Positions 1-9,088 of a DNA stretch of 49,640 bases are shown one piece after another. The first letter of the stretch is position 1; the number at the start of each line of letters is the position of its first letter. The position numbers were made by a program, and so were the translations under genes. The notes beneath the pieces were generated by a model, which was given only the letters and a program-made list of their open reading frames with translations, made no database searches and had not been told where the DNA came from. This DNA is from a virus (taxonomy: Duplodnaviria > Heunggongvirae > Uroviricota > Caudoviricetes), in IMG/VR virus record IMGVR_UViG_2718218452_000011; one strand, written 5' to 3'.

Positions 1-1236
1 CTACGATAACCGCGCATTCAACATGGCTATCTGTTCGTCGTTCATGTCATCAATCCACATACCGTAAATTTCATACACCATCTGCGCAGTTTCATGCCCC
101 ATTTGGCTGGCTATAAATGCCGGGTTCGCTCCTGCCGTCAACAGCCAGCAGGCAAAAGTATGCCGCGTATGGTACGGATTACGGCGGCGAATACCAGCAC
201 GTTTTACTGCTGCATTCCACCTTGCCCCCAAACTGCTTACCGAGTAATAAGGTTTCTGTTTTCCGTTACACACCCTTGGCATGAAAACAAAATGCAGTTT
301 TTGCTTTTCGGTTCTGCCGTACTCCCGATGATAAAAGGTGATTTCGCTTTTGCGATGATGCCCGGTCAGTTTGTATTGCTCCTTCAGTGCTTCAAGAGCA
401 GGCTGCAGTAATGTTACCGTCCGGATCCCGGCATTTGTTTTTGGGGGACCGAACATATCAAGTATCGTCAGGTTTCTTCTGACATTCACAATTCCCTTCT
501 CGAAATCCACATCCTCCCACGCCAGAGCTGCCAGTTCCCCGTGACGAAGCCCGGAGTAAACGGCAAATTTCCACAAGTTTTGGCTCTGTCCTTTTTCACT
601 TTCCATTAATGCATTGAATTCTGTTTTAGATAACGGGTCAGGCTTTATTCTGTTTCGCTGTAATTTTTTTACTCCTTCAAATGGTTTGGTTGATATAAAT
701 CCCGACTGATACGCAAAACGTAACAGCGAACAGAGCAGGGCGATATAGTTATCAACTGTGCGCACGGTTCTTCCTTTTTTGTTGGATCTTGGATTATCCA
801 GGTAAAGCGTTTCTCCATGCAGCAGTTCATTCCGGTAGTTTAAGATATCGCTATAACGAATATATGATATCGGGGTACTTTCACAAATTATTATTCTGAG
901 TGTTTTTAATTGTGATTTCGTTTTCTTCATTGTGTTTGTTGTTAACTCTGTCTCTTTAATTTTTGTCCAGATATCACAAAGCTCCCCGAACGTTTTTATG
1001 ACTCTCGTTGTCACCATTTTTGCCCCAGTGCTGGACTGGGGAAAACGTCTTAAATACTCAAATTCACCGGAGTTTATTTCATGAACTATCAGCGCTCTTA
1101 AATTTCCGGCCTTTTTAATATTACTGTTTGTAATCTCCCAGCCTTTTAATGTTTCCCGACATCGTTTTCCTCGAAACATGAACCAGATGCGAATGTTTCT
1201 ACCTCTAATCTCGACACCTGTTGGTAATTTAGACAT
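1..1236 (-). CDS. int: Phage integrase, tyrosine recombinase family (411 aa)
   Basis: Track ORF; C-terminal catalytic region with R..HTRHT..Y-type motifs (..RRNPYHTRHTFACWLL..MVYEIYG..); first gene of prophage, adjacent to xis. Stop codon lies at window positions 1-3. Confidence 0.9.
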   Translation of the reverse strand: MSKLPTGVEIRGRNIRIWFMFRGKRCRETLKGWEITNSNIKKAGNLRALIVHEINSGEFEYLRRFPQSSTGAKMVTTRVIKTFGELCDIWTKIKETELTTNTMKKTKSQLKTLRIIICESTPISYIRYSDILNYRNELLHGETLYLDNPRSNKKGRTVRTVDNYIALLCSLLRFAYQSGFISTKPFEGVKKLQRNRIKPDPLSKTEFNALMESEKGQSQNLWKFAVYSGLRHGELAALAWEDVDFEKGIVNVRRNLTILDMFGPPKTNAGIRTVTLLQPALEALKEQYKLTGHHRKSEITFYHREYGRTEKQKLHFVFMPRVCNGKQKPYYSVSSLGARWNAAVKRAGIRRRNPYHTRHTFACWLLTAGANPAFIASQMGHETAQMVYEIYGMWIDDMNDEQIAMLNARLS

Positions 1237-1237
1237 A

Positions 1238-1453
1238 TCATGAGTCTTTGATAAACTGATTTATCTTTGGATAGTTGTACCAGATAATCCCTCGTTTGCT
1301 GTCTGGCTTACCTAAAGGAGATACTCGTTTGAAGTGGAAGCCCTCCACCCAACAGTTCTGGCGATATGCTTCAATTTGTCTGGCCCCCAGACCAGTGCGA
1401 AGCATCAGGCCGTATTCAACCATCCACTCTTCATTAAAGATTACTTGTGCCAT
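1238..1453 (-). CDS. xis: Excisionase-like small DNA-binding protein (71 aa from ATG at 1453; track ORF begins at TTG 1477)
   Basis: Small ORF immediately upstream of int on the same strand; GAGGTG RBS about 6 nt before the internal ATG; length matches recalled Rac YdaQ (71 aa). Confidence 0.6.
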   Translation of the reverse strand: MAQVIFNEEWMVEYGLMLRTGLGARQIEAYRQNCWVEGFHFKRVSPLGKPDSKRGIIWYNYPKINQFIKDS

Positions 1454-1552
1454 CGCATCACCTCTGGCAGGCGCCAATGTTAGACTGAAATTGACGCCTG
1501 ATGTTGATTATTTATAATCAGCTATGAAGTTTTAATTTGAATACAATGCAAT

Positions 1553-1753
1553 TCACGAGGACTGAAGTTTCTCGCAATTAAAATTTATCAGTTTTACTTT
1601 CTGCTCTCTGGAAACGCCTGCTTCTTTTTTCCCTGAGAGCATTTTTTCGCATTCCGATTTGGTTAACTTTGTTTTTGAGTACCTTGTCCAGCTGGTAGGA
1701 GTGCCACCTTCCTTTTCAATAGTGGCGGTAATTTTATACATGAACACCTCCAT
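1553..1753 (-). CDS. Small hypothetical protein (Rac ydaC position); start uncertain
   Basis: Track ORF 1553..1813 overlaps the Lar ORF; internal Met starts (1753 or 1741) reduce the overlap. Lys/Glu-rich, no recognised motif. Confidence 0.4.
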   Translation of the reverse strand: MEVFMYKITATIEKEGGTPTSWTRYSKTKLTKSECEKMLSGKKEAGVSREQKVKLINFNCEKLQSS

Positions 1754-1928
1754 TATTATTTCCAGTGGTTCGTTTATTCCATCTTTCGAGTGCTTCTTTT
1801 TCACTTCCACCATAACCGGTTCGGGATTCGCATCCGTTACACTTTGCGCGGTAATATCCTGAAATGGCTTTCACCGTTACTGATGGACAACCACAAAACG
1901 GACATGGTTTGACTTTTTCATACCGCAT
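1734..1928 (-). CDS. ralR: Restriction alleviation protein, Lar family (64 aa from second ATG)
   Basis: KPCPFCG...C..C zinc-ribbon signature typical of Lar; purine-rich RBS before ATG at 1928; location between xis and the recombination genes as in Rac. Confidence 0.65.
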   Translation of the reverse strand: MRYEKVKPCPFCGCPSVTVKAISGYYRAKCNGCESRTGYGGSEKEALERWNKRTTGNNNGGVHV

Positions 1929-1991
1929 TGTCTTTTCTCTCATATAATAAAATTTTGTGATGGCGGTGAGGCTACGCCGCCAAAGTCAATA

Positions 1992-3095
1992 TTAGGAGCC
2001 GATATATTCTGGTTTCATATCTGTCAGTGTCGTTTTATACGCCTCATATAATTCACCCAGATGTGGTCGTGCAGCATTCAGCGTATTTTCCAGAGCAGTA
2101 AATTTTTGTTCTGCTTCTGGATCACCTGATGAAGGCAGGTCATTTATCATCTTCTCGATACTGGCAATAGCATTGAGACGGTGATGGCGCCGAACCACTT
2201 TTCCTTTAAGCTCGGCAAAGAATTCGCCGATCTGGTTTTTCTGATCCTCTATCTCTTGGCGTAATGCAGTGGTTTCCTCAGTCGTGGCCGCGCTTTCGAC
2301 ACGCTGCCGGAATTCATCAATCCACGCTTCGTCAATACGCTGTTCGATGGTTTCTGTTCGCTGCTCGCTTACCTCGCTATAATTCTGTACCGGCACAGGA
2401 TTGATGATTTTTTCCTGTGGCTCTTCCAGTTCGTCGGGGGTATACACGCCCAGGATGACGTCAGGACAATAAAGGCGAGCCCAGTATTTCAACGCCAGAT
2501 AGGCGAGCTGTTGTTTCGGGTTTGAGGTCCATAAAGGAGAATTACGCGTAATCACGCTGGAAAGAAACACCGGTTCTCCCCAGGTAATCTCACTTTCACC
2601 GCGAAGAACTGCACCCACTCGAACTGATAGACCATACTCATCTTCACTGGTCCAACATGGGATCGTTTCTTTTTTCTCATAGATTCCGCCTCCTTTGGCC
2701 GTTTTCTTAACGGTCTCCACTCGGGTGCGAGAGCATTTCTCCCAGTCTCCCTCGTACTTGTAATGGAAGCGCCCTACAATTGCACTTGAGCTAGAGATCA
2801 CAGCGTTAACCAGTTGTGCTTCATAACCCAGAACTCCGTTTACCAGGTGTGTTTTCTGAGCCACAGCGTAGGGGTTCATGCCCCATTGCATGGCTTGCAT
2901 GATGATTGCCATGCAGTCGGCAGGTTTTCCGCGAAGGTGATCGGGAACTGTGACGGTGGCCTGTGACATCAACCCGGCTACTTCCTGAAGTTGCGTCAAC
3001 GCCTGAACGTTAAAAATAGTGTTACTGGCAGAAATGGTATTTGGTGTCTGCTCTGTCGTGATGATATTGGTATTTTGCATGGTCAGGTTCTCCAT
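1992..3095 (-). CDS. Single-strand annealing protein, RecT/Redbeta superfamily (367 aa)
   Basis: Region ..GMNPYAVAQKTHLVNGVLGYEAQL.. resembles the lambda Bet core as recalled; C-terminal coiled-coil tail; stop/start coupled (ATGA-type) to the upstream exonuclease gene, classic exo-annealase pair. Confidence 0.6.
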   Translation of the reverse strand: MENLTMQNTNIITTEQTPNTISASNTIFNVQALTQLQEVAGLMSQATVTVPDHLRGKPADCMAIIMQAMQWGMNPYAVAQKTHLVNGVLGYEAQLVNAVISSSSAIVGRFHYKYEGDWEKCSRTRVETVKKTAKGGGIYEKKETIPCWTSEDEYGLSVRVGAVLRGESEITWGEPVFLSSVITRNSPLWTSNPKQQLAYLALKYWARLYCPDVILGVYTPDELEEPQEKIINPVPVQNYSEVSEQRTETIEQRIDEAWIDEFRQRVESAATTEETTALRQEIEDQKNQIGEFFAELKGKVVRRHHRLNAIASIEKMINDLPSSGDPEAEQKFTALENTLNAARPHLGELYEAYKTTLTDMKPEYIGS

Positions 3096-6000
3096 TAAGC
3101 CAGATGCAGTGCTTCAAGACGACGAAGATCAAAGTCGTTTAATTCGTCGGTGTAACTTTCGGTAATCGGTGCTGGCCAGTTGTTTGTCTCTAGGGCTTCG
3201 TTTATCTGGCGTAGCGTCCGGCGATATTCCTGTCGACCAAGTTCCAGGAGTTCCTGCGAGGCTTCCACGACAGCCACCCAGTGATAGCCAGCATCTTTGT
3301 TGACGAAGATCCAGAAAAATTTGTCCAGGTTTGCCACATCGCAATACATTGCGGCGCTGAGGTGATAATCACGCTCAATAATTTCACGGTGCAGGCGATC
3401 TTTAAGTCGTTCCTGCCGCACATAACCGAGGCTGACTGACTTCACGTCAGCGCAAATGCTTTCGTATGGCAGCCGGATTTCGATATCAGGACGGACCCTG
3501 ATTTCCAGCCCGGTTTCTTCATCAAACCCGAAATAGCTGATTTCAGATTTGCGATCCGGGTGGTTGAGTAGCCTTGCTGCATCGGTATTGTTTTGCAGTG
3601 CCGCGTGAATATTTTTTGCCTGTTCATACATATCCGGACTGATAAACGTTTTCCCGGCGTTTTCTTCTTGCTGGCGTTTTTGCCAGTCCTCCAGTGTCAC
3701 CAGTTCCGGGCGAATTTTCCGTGCGATTTCGGTTAATTGCTCTTTTGTGCCACTGATGTTGTAAGGCAAAGATTTAGCACGTTCTTTTTTTGCCAGTTCT
3801 GGGTCTACAGTTTCAATTTGATCCAGAAGCTGCTCCCGTGCTCCACTGGTTTTCAACAGAGGAGGGAGGCTTGCGTTGTATTCTTTAATACAGGCTTTCA
3901 TTGCTGATGCTGTATGTTTTTCCCCCTCAGGAATACGCCGAAATTCCACCGGAAGCGAACCGTAAAGGATGCCTGTTTCTTCGGCCCCAGCACTTACAGA
4001 CAGTGGCTGTATAAGAGTGCTGTTGTAGCTTTCGATCCACTCTTTCATCTGCTCTGGTGTCATCAGTGCTGGCAGACTGGCATTGTGTTTTTTAATGATG
4101 GCGATCAGTTCGTTAGAAGTAGTAACCACATATTCAGGAACCGGTACCGGAATGGCATATTCATCAGCGAATTTATCCGTTTCCAGAACATAGCTGTGAA
4201 TGATCCGCCCACGCAGCAGTGCATCACTTTCCTCGTTCGGAATAGTTCCGGCAATGTGCCGCCCGTGGTAATACATCAGGCTGATACGGGCATCCTTCAG
4301 CATCGTGCTGCTTATTCCGTTGGCGGAGTGATAAACCTCGTTCGGGAGGTTTTCATAGCGGCCTGGCTCGAAATATGACGGCCACATGATTTCAGTTGCT
4401 ACAGGAGCTGACGCTTCGCCAGTTTCATCACTGCAATCGCGATGCGGATCGCTGCCAGCATTCTCATTGTGCGGATGTTCAGCGCCTTCCATTTCCTCCG
4501 GATCTTTTTCCTGATATTCATTCTGATTTTCTTCATTAAAGGTTTTCTGATACGTTGCGTCGCCCATCACCGCACCACAATCAGGGCAGTTGCCGCCGCC
4601 GGTCTGACCGCAGGCGGTGCAGATCTTTTCCGGTTCCTGTTGCACTACTGGTTCAGGTTGTTTCGTTTCTGGCTCGTTTTGTAACGCATTTGAGCTGTTT
4701 TGTTCCGCTTTCTGGTCGTTCCGTTCCGATTCTTGCTGGTTCTGGTTCACAGAATCGCGGGTTTCAATCCCCTTCACCCATTTCGGATCATTCGGGTCGC
4801 TAATCCCTGCAACAAATTCTCCGCGAGAGGCAGCAAGCAGTTCATTAGCGTCAGGCTGGCTGATATTGGCTGCCTGCATAATTTTGTTTACTTCGTCAGC
4901 GGTAACTTTTACCTGATTAACCGGATCTATCTGCGCCTGAGTATCCAGCGATTGCGTGTTTTGGCGATGTTCAGTCGTACCCGACTCCATTGCTTCAGTC
5001 GTTGCCTGTTCATCTGCCATTGCGTCAGACGGTTGTGATTTTTCCTCATTATTTTTTTCTTCTTCTGTTTCGCGTTTAGCAGCCAGTTCGCGGTTAACTT
5101 CTTCCAGGATATCTTTTTCCGGTGTATGTCGTGCAGCAGCGAGAGTTTCCTCGGTAGGGTTCTCGTGATCAGTCTCCGTTAAATAGGCGTTGATATACCC
5201 CTGAAGGCGCCCCGGGTAGTGATAAAACTCAGGGTGTGCGCTTCGGATAAGTGCAAAAATAGCGGCACGGGAATAATCCAGGATACCCGGGATTGCGCGA
5301 AGTGCTGCGGACCATTCTTTGAACGGACTTTCTTTCTTCCGGACGACTTCTTTTGCGCGACGATAAACGCTGCCCGGAATTTCATAAATATTAAAATCCA
5401 TCGGAAGTGTGGCTGCTGCAATCTCCACATCCAGCGTATCGAAGGTGTGTACTAAATTCGGATTGCGATCGGTTTTGTTCCCGCCGCCAGCATTAGCACC
5501 GGAAGGCGTGCGGGTGATACGTGAAACACGATTTCCCTTCATCCACTCTTTTGTCAGCAGACCGCGATCGGTGTAGTCAGCGCCCAGGTATGCTTCGAAA
5601 AAAGCGGTCATCAGTCCCAGGTCTGAATTACCAGGATTAGGGAAAACTTTGTCAGTGTCGCGTACCAGTTTGTGGAGATCGCGAATTTCCAGTGGTTCGA
5701 GTTGCGCTGCTTTATTTGAGATGGCCAGCGCGGCAACGGCGGGAAGTTTTTCATCCTGTGCGTTATGTAATGCGCGCAGTTCGTCCCGCGAAACGTGAGT
5801 GATCGGTTTTTCGCTGCCGTGCTGTGCCAGCCATCGAACAGGCAGAATCTGACCTGAAACCGGCAGGAGCATGTTCTCCTCAATCTCAGCCATGTCTTCG
5901 CCGTTGACGTTGGTATTGTCAGTGCTGGCTGGTTTATCCTGAACAGAGGGCGAGGGCGCGATAAATACCATTGTGATGCCATCTTCCCCGCCTTTTTCGT

Positions 6001-6256
6001 AACGGTTGCAGAATTCCGTATCAAATACGCCTTCTGGCGGGAGGTCATCAACAACGGGCAAATTGACGCGAACCGGTTTTTTGAAGTCATCTTCATCGTA
6101 GCCAGCATCGTCAATCGCAACAGCACCACGGGAGATGGCAATGGATAATTTTTTCGCTTCAGCCCAGTAAAAACCGCCTTTAATACCGAGACGTTTTCTT
6201 ACTTTGTCATTTTTTGCTTCGTAATACAGTGGGTAAACTTGTTTATCGGTGCTCAT
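3095..6256 (-). CDS. recE: RecE-like exonuclease VIII (1053 aa) with PD-(D/E)XK-type C-terminal nuclease domain
   Basis: Very long ORF upstream of the annealase; C-terminal region (..RPDIEIR..ADVKSVS..ERDYHLSAAMY..) consistent with a RecE/YqaJ-type nuclease; long acidic low-complexity linker and a CxxC...CxxC motif (CTACGQTGGGNCPDCG). Confidence 0.6.
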   Translation of the reverse strand: MSTDKQVYPLYYEAKNDKVRKRLGIKGGFYWAEAKKLSIAISRGAVAIDDAGYDEDDFKKPVRVNLPVVDDLPPEGVFDTEFCNRYEKGGEDGITMVFIAPSPSVQDKPASTDNTNVNGEDMAEIEENMLLPVSGQILPVRWLAQHGSEKPITHVSRDELRALHNAQDEKLPAVAALAISNKAAQLEPLEIRDLHKLVRDTDKVFPNPGNSDLGLMTAFFEAYLGADYTDRGLLTKEWMKGNRVSRITRTPSGANAGGGNKTDRNPNLVHTFDTLDVEIAAATLPMDFNIYEIPGSVYRRAKEVVRKKESPFKEWSAALRAIPGILDYSRAAIFALIRSAHPEFYHYPGRLQGYINAYLTETDHENPTEETLAAARHTPEKDILEEVNRELAAKRETEEEKNNEEKSQPSDAMADEQATTEAMESGTTEHRQNTQSLDTQAQIDPVNQVKVTADEVNKIMQAANISQPDANELLAASRGEFVAGISDPNDPKWVKGIETRDSVNQNQQESERNDQKAEQNSSNALQNEPETKQPEPVVQQEPEKICTACGQTGGGNCPDCGAVMGDATYQKTFNEENQNEYQEKDPEEMEGAEHPHNENAGSDPHRDCSDETGEASAPVATEIMWPSYFEPGRYENLPNEVYHSANGISSTMLKDARISLMYYHGRHIAGTIPNEESDALLRGRIIHSYVLETDKFADEYAIPVPVPEYVVTTSNELIAIIKKHNASLPALMTPEQMKEWIESYNSTLIQPLSVSAGAEETGILYGSLPVEFRRIPEGEKHTASAMKACIKEYNASLPPLLKTSGAREQLLDQIETVDPELAKKERAKSLPYNISGTKEQLTEIARKIRPELVTLEDWQKRQQEENAGKTFISPDMYEQAKNIHAALQNNTDAARLLNHPDRKSEISYFGFDEETGLEIRVRPDIEIRLPYESICADVKSVSLGYVRQERLKDRLHREIIERDYHLSAAMYCDVANLDKFFWIFVNKDAGYHWVAVVEASQELLELGRQEYRRTLRQINEALETNNWPAPITESYTDELNDFDLRRLEALHLA

Positions 6257-6356
6257 TGTTTTTTAACCTCAACTCAGATTAAAATGCGTTTGTTCAGTGA
6301 ATAATCTTGCCGGATACACACTGTTCATAGCCTGCGCCATACGCAGGCTATTTCTT

Positions 6357-6632
6357 TCAGATTTCACCTTTTAATTTCATTGCAATCAGAGTTGCCAGAA
6401 ATTCGGCTTTTTTTTCTGCGGGCAGATTCTTTCCGATATGCACCAGGCACATTTTTTTGACGCCTTCGTTAAGTGTTTTAACGTTGCCTGATGGACCGTC
6501 GATTTCAACCACAGTGAAAGGGGTTTCTTTATTTTCTGTTTTAATCACGTAGCCAATACGCTTTCCTTCCAGGCTGACTTCGTGAACAATGTCATCAGTA
6601 GTAACAACAGTGGCTTCATAACTGGTAATCAT
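6357..6632 (-). CDS. racC: RacC-like protein (91 aa from internal ATG)
   Basis: Track ORF 6357..6680; the product from Met-17 (MITSYEATVVTTDDIVHEV...) matches recalled Rac RacC in sequence and length. Confidence 0.55.
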   Translation of the reverse strand: MITSYEATVVTTDDIVHEVSLEGKRIGYVIKTENKETPFTVVEIDGPSGNVKTLNEGVKKMCLVHIGKNLPAEKKAEFLATLIAMKLKGEI

Positions 6633-6706
6633 GTTTTTCTCCTTAATTAAGGTTGAGCGAATCCCTGCCATTGCTGGCATAAATTCAGTTTCGGATAGTC
6701 AGTTAA

Positions 6707-6877
6707 TTAAAGTTCGTGTGCCATCTGGTCTTTTTCGGCACAGATTTCACTACAATATTTTTTCATTTCCGTCGTTGGTATAACTCCACGCATGAAATGA
6801 AGTGGTCTTTTAATGCTTTTGCTTTCTTCAATTCCTTTATTGCAAAGGTGGTAAGCACATTTTATTTTCTTAGTCAT
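6707..6877 (-). CDS. ydaE: YdaE-like small Cys-rich protein (56 aa); below the ORF-track size cut-off
   Basis: Hand translation of minus strand: [56 protein letters not shown]; start overlaps the kilR stop (ATGA); length equals recalled YdaE. Confidence 0.55.
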   Translation of the reverse strand: MTKKIKCAYHLCNKGIEESKSIKRPLHFMRGVIPTTEMKKYCSEICAEKDQMAHEL

Positions 6878-7098
6878 CACCATGACTCCGCCTTTACAGG
6901 TAAACCATCACGACCGAGGAAGACTTTAATCATGCAGTCAGAAATGCATGTTTTTGTAGTCAGGTTACGAATATAAAGTTTTCGCTTTTTAATATTGTTT
7001 GCCGAGGCGATATATGTCCGACCTTCATGAAGAACATAATCGCCAGGAGTCACACACTGACGTGGTATTTCATCAGTTCCGAAGTGATGAGTAATCAT
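6877..7098 (-). CDS. kilR: KilR-like killing/cell-division inhibitor protein (73 aa from Met-5)
   Basis: Track ORF 6877..7110; ..[58 protein letters not shown] matches recalled KilR; length 73 aa from second start. Confidence 0.6.
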   Translation of the reverse strand: MITHHFGTDEIPRQCVTPGDYVLHEGRTYIASANNIKKRKLYIRNLTTKTCISDCMIKVFLGRDGLPVKAESW

Positions 7099-7110
7099 AA
7101 TTATCTCCAT

Positions 7111-7493
7111 TTTTACAAATGAATTTTGTCGATGCGGTGCCTGGTGCCTCCAGGTGACGTTAACCAGTTAACAATTAACGCCGGATAATCCACCCATAAC
7201 ACTGATGCTTTTAACTGTGCCGCGTGCGCTTAGCCGCATTCACCGCATCACAAAATTCACTTTAAAAAGGGCGGACATCAGTCGAACTTCAAGAAAAAAC
7301 TGATGCCGCCAAGACTACACACAGCAGTGTTGTTATTCACAACTGGAGGCGCACTCCCACCATTTAAATTTAACAGACAAGACCGACTCTTTATGGATAT
7401 CGGAAGTGCGCCTTCGTGTTGTATGCCTGTCTTTTTACCACTTCAGGCTCGGTGGTATACTGGAGTTCTCACACAACCAGTAAGGAATTGCTT
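7111..7493. promoter_or_regulatory. Long non-coding divergent control region (about 380 bp) between kilR (leftward) and a rightward small gene; candidate early promoters
   Basis: No ORF with RBS; contains a TTTACC..(16-17 bp)..TATACT promoter-like pair about 35 nt upstream of the ATG at 7494. Confidence 0.3.
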
Positions 7494-7727
7494 ATGCCTA
7501 TTCAATCTCAACACAAAAATATTGATTATCTTTCCGCCAGATTAGAGGCTACCGCGCTTGTTCTTGAAGAACTTGTTAAACTTCTTACGCCAGAGCAGCG
7601 TGAAAAACTGAATCTGGCAATTGCCGGGCGTTGTCCGGGCGTGAAAAATGCATCTCTCAGGAATAGAAATTCTCCAGCATATCAATTATTACAGTTCATC
7701 AATGATGGCGTCGGCAGCAGCGATTAA
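7494..7727 (+). CDS. Hypothetical protein (77 aa)
   Basis: Internal ATG of track ORF 7416..7727 preceded by TAAGGAA RBS; occupies the position where sieB lies in Rac but is not SieB-like (no membrane helices). Confidence 0.4.
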   Translation: MPIQSQHKNIDYLSARLEATALVLEELVKLLTPEQREKLNLAIAGRCPGVKNASLRNRNSPAYQLLQFINDGVGSSD

Positions 7728-7994
7728 TTTTTCTAATGCCTCTTCGACATGATAATTGTATGGTTGTAGTGACCTGACATCTGCAATGGCATCAGCCAGG
7801 TTTCGTGCCATTACGGCTGGTGCGATTTTTTTTGCTGCTGATACCCGGCTGGCGAGTTCCAGTGCGAGACGAGCCTGCCCCGGAGTCAGCTCTCTTTCTT
7901 TTGCCATTGTTGATGCCTGTACAGACAATTCATATGCCAGACAAAACACAGCATTATTCGTTTCTAGCGGGTCAATACCCTGAGTAAATGTCAT
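7689..7994 (-). CDS. Hypothetical protein (101 aa)
   Basis: Track ORF with strong RBS (AAGGGGAGAG) upstream of the ATG at 7994; 3' end overlaps the convergent 7494..7727 gene by 39 bp. Confidence 0.45.
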   Translation of the reverse strand: MTFTQGIDPLETNNAVFCLAYELSVQASTMAKERELTPGQARLALELASRVSAAKKIAPAVMARNLADAIADVRSLQPYNYHVEEALEKLIAAADAIIDEL

Positions 7995-8185
7995 CTTATC
8001 TCTCCCCTTAACGCCGGGTGGCGGAACTAAAACCTACAGCGCCGTGCTGTTCTTGATATAAATATTAGTAACGCGGATATTTTAAGTCAACAGTATGGCG
8101 TATAATATTTTTGATTTGGTAACTATGTAAATGTTTTTCAAGGGAAAAAATATTAGTTATACAGCTGATTTGCAGAAGTTATGGC

Positions 8186-8218
8186 ACAAAAAAACCGACT
8201 AAGACGTCGGTTTTTTTG
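8186..8218. terminator. Bidirectional rho-independent terminator-like hairpin (A-run, GC stem, T-run)
   Basis: AAAAAAACCGAC-TAAGAC-GTCGGTTTTTTT located just downstream (minus sense) of racR. Confidence 0.5.
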
Positions 8219-8243
8219 TTGTGGATGGGGTAATGAGCGGTGG

Positions 8244-8705
8244 CTACTGGTTACGTTTCTTTAGTGCCAGCATGTTCTCGAAGGCTTCCTCGTAGAGCTT
8301 GTTTAGTCCACGTAGCTGGTTAAGGAGTTTGGCTTTTTCTGACGCAGGTAGAATCTCGAAGAGGTTAAGTAACTCTGCCTGTTCTTCATTGACCAGCCTC
8401 CATCCTTTGCCTGAAAAGCTATCATCATAAGTATCTGATGATCTTACATAATTCATTAAGTCTTTAAGGTCTTCTCGAATGTCCTCTGGTTTTACCTTTA
8501 ACAGAGCCGCAAATTTTAGCGCAGCGTCGGTATTTACCGGTATCTTGCCGTTCAGATACTGGCTAACGGTGCCTTGAGATTCGAATCCTAACAACTCAGC
8601 CGCCAGCTCTTGAGTCAGCTTCAGCTCTTTTTTTCTTGCATTCCATGCGGCTTTTAAATTCTTGCTCGCTTCTGGAGTTGCAATCACTTCGCGTGTTTTT
8701 TTCAT
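8244..8705 (-). CDS. racR: Prophage repressor, XRE-family HTH (RacR-like, 153 aa)
   Basis: N-terminal HTH (..LKLTQELAAELLGFESQGTVSQYLNGK..); divergently arranged with a Cro-like gene across a 100-bp control region. Confidence 0.8.
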   Translation of the reverse strand: MKKTREVIATPEASKNLKAAWNARKKELKLTQELAAELLGFESQGTVSQYLNGKIPVNTDAALKFAALLKVKPEDIREDLKDLMNYVRSSDTYDDSFSGKGWRLVNEEQAELLNLFEILPASEKAKLLNQLRGLNKLYEEAFENMLALKKRNQ

Positions 8706-8806
8706 ACATAGAGTTTATTTGTTTTACCAATATTATCAAAGATAGTCTGACTATTGATCTTTAAAATTAGCGGAGCTAATATTTGCTCGAGGCATAACGT
8801 AGAAGG
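8706..8806. promoter_or_regulatory. Divergent promoter/operator region between racR and ydaS
   Basis: AT-rich 100-bp intergenic region with an imperfect inverted repeat (..CAAAGATAGTC TGAC TATTGATCTTT..), plausible repressor operator. Confidence 0.45.
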
Positions 8807-9088
8807 TTGGCTATGAACTTAAGAGACTATTTAAAAGAGAAACATATCACCCAGCTACAGTTTGGGAAGCTAACGGGTTTATCTCAGGTGCATGTAAGTC
8901 GAGTGCTGGGGGGCTATGAAAGATTCAGCCCTGAAAAAGCATTACGTGTTGCTGAAGTAACGAATTTCGAGGTTACACCTCATGAACTCCGGCCTGATAT
9001 CTACCCGAATCCGACCGATGGTTTACCTGTTGGATGTAAGGCTAACACACAAAATGCACAGGAGTTGATTCATGAAAATCAGGCATGA
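8807..9088 (+). CDS. ydaS: Cro-like HTH protein YdaS (93 aa)
   Basis: MAMNLRDYLKEKHITQLQFGKLTGLSQVHVSRVL.. HTH; position and sequence as recalled for Rac YdaS. Confidence 0.75.
   Translation: MAMNLRDYLKEKHITQLQFGKLTGLSQVHVSRVLGGYERFSPEKALRVAEVTNFEVTPHELRPDIYPNPTDGLPVGCKANTQNAQELIHENQA

Noticed and set aside
3914-5455. Series of plus-strand ORFs (154, 80, 82, 99, 112, 70, 78 aa) inside the recE-like gene
   Set aside because: All lie antisense to a long, well-supported minus-strand CDS; products are low-complexity with no RBS support. Treated as antisense artefacts.
6716-6976. 86-aa plus-strand ORF between racC and kilR
   Set aside because: Overlaps the minus-strand ydaE and kilR genes, which match the Rac order and known product lengths; no RBS.
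8575-8592. GATTCGAATCC tRNA T-loop-like motif
   Set aside because: Lies inside the racR coding sequence with no surrounding cloverleaf-compatible sequence; no tRNA recognised anywhere in the window by manual inspection.
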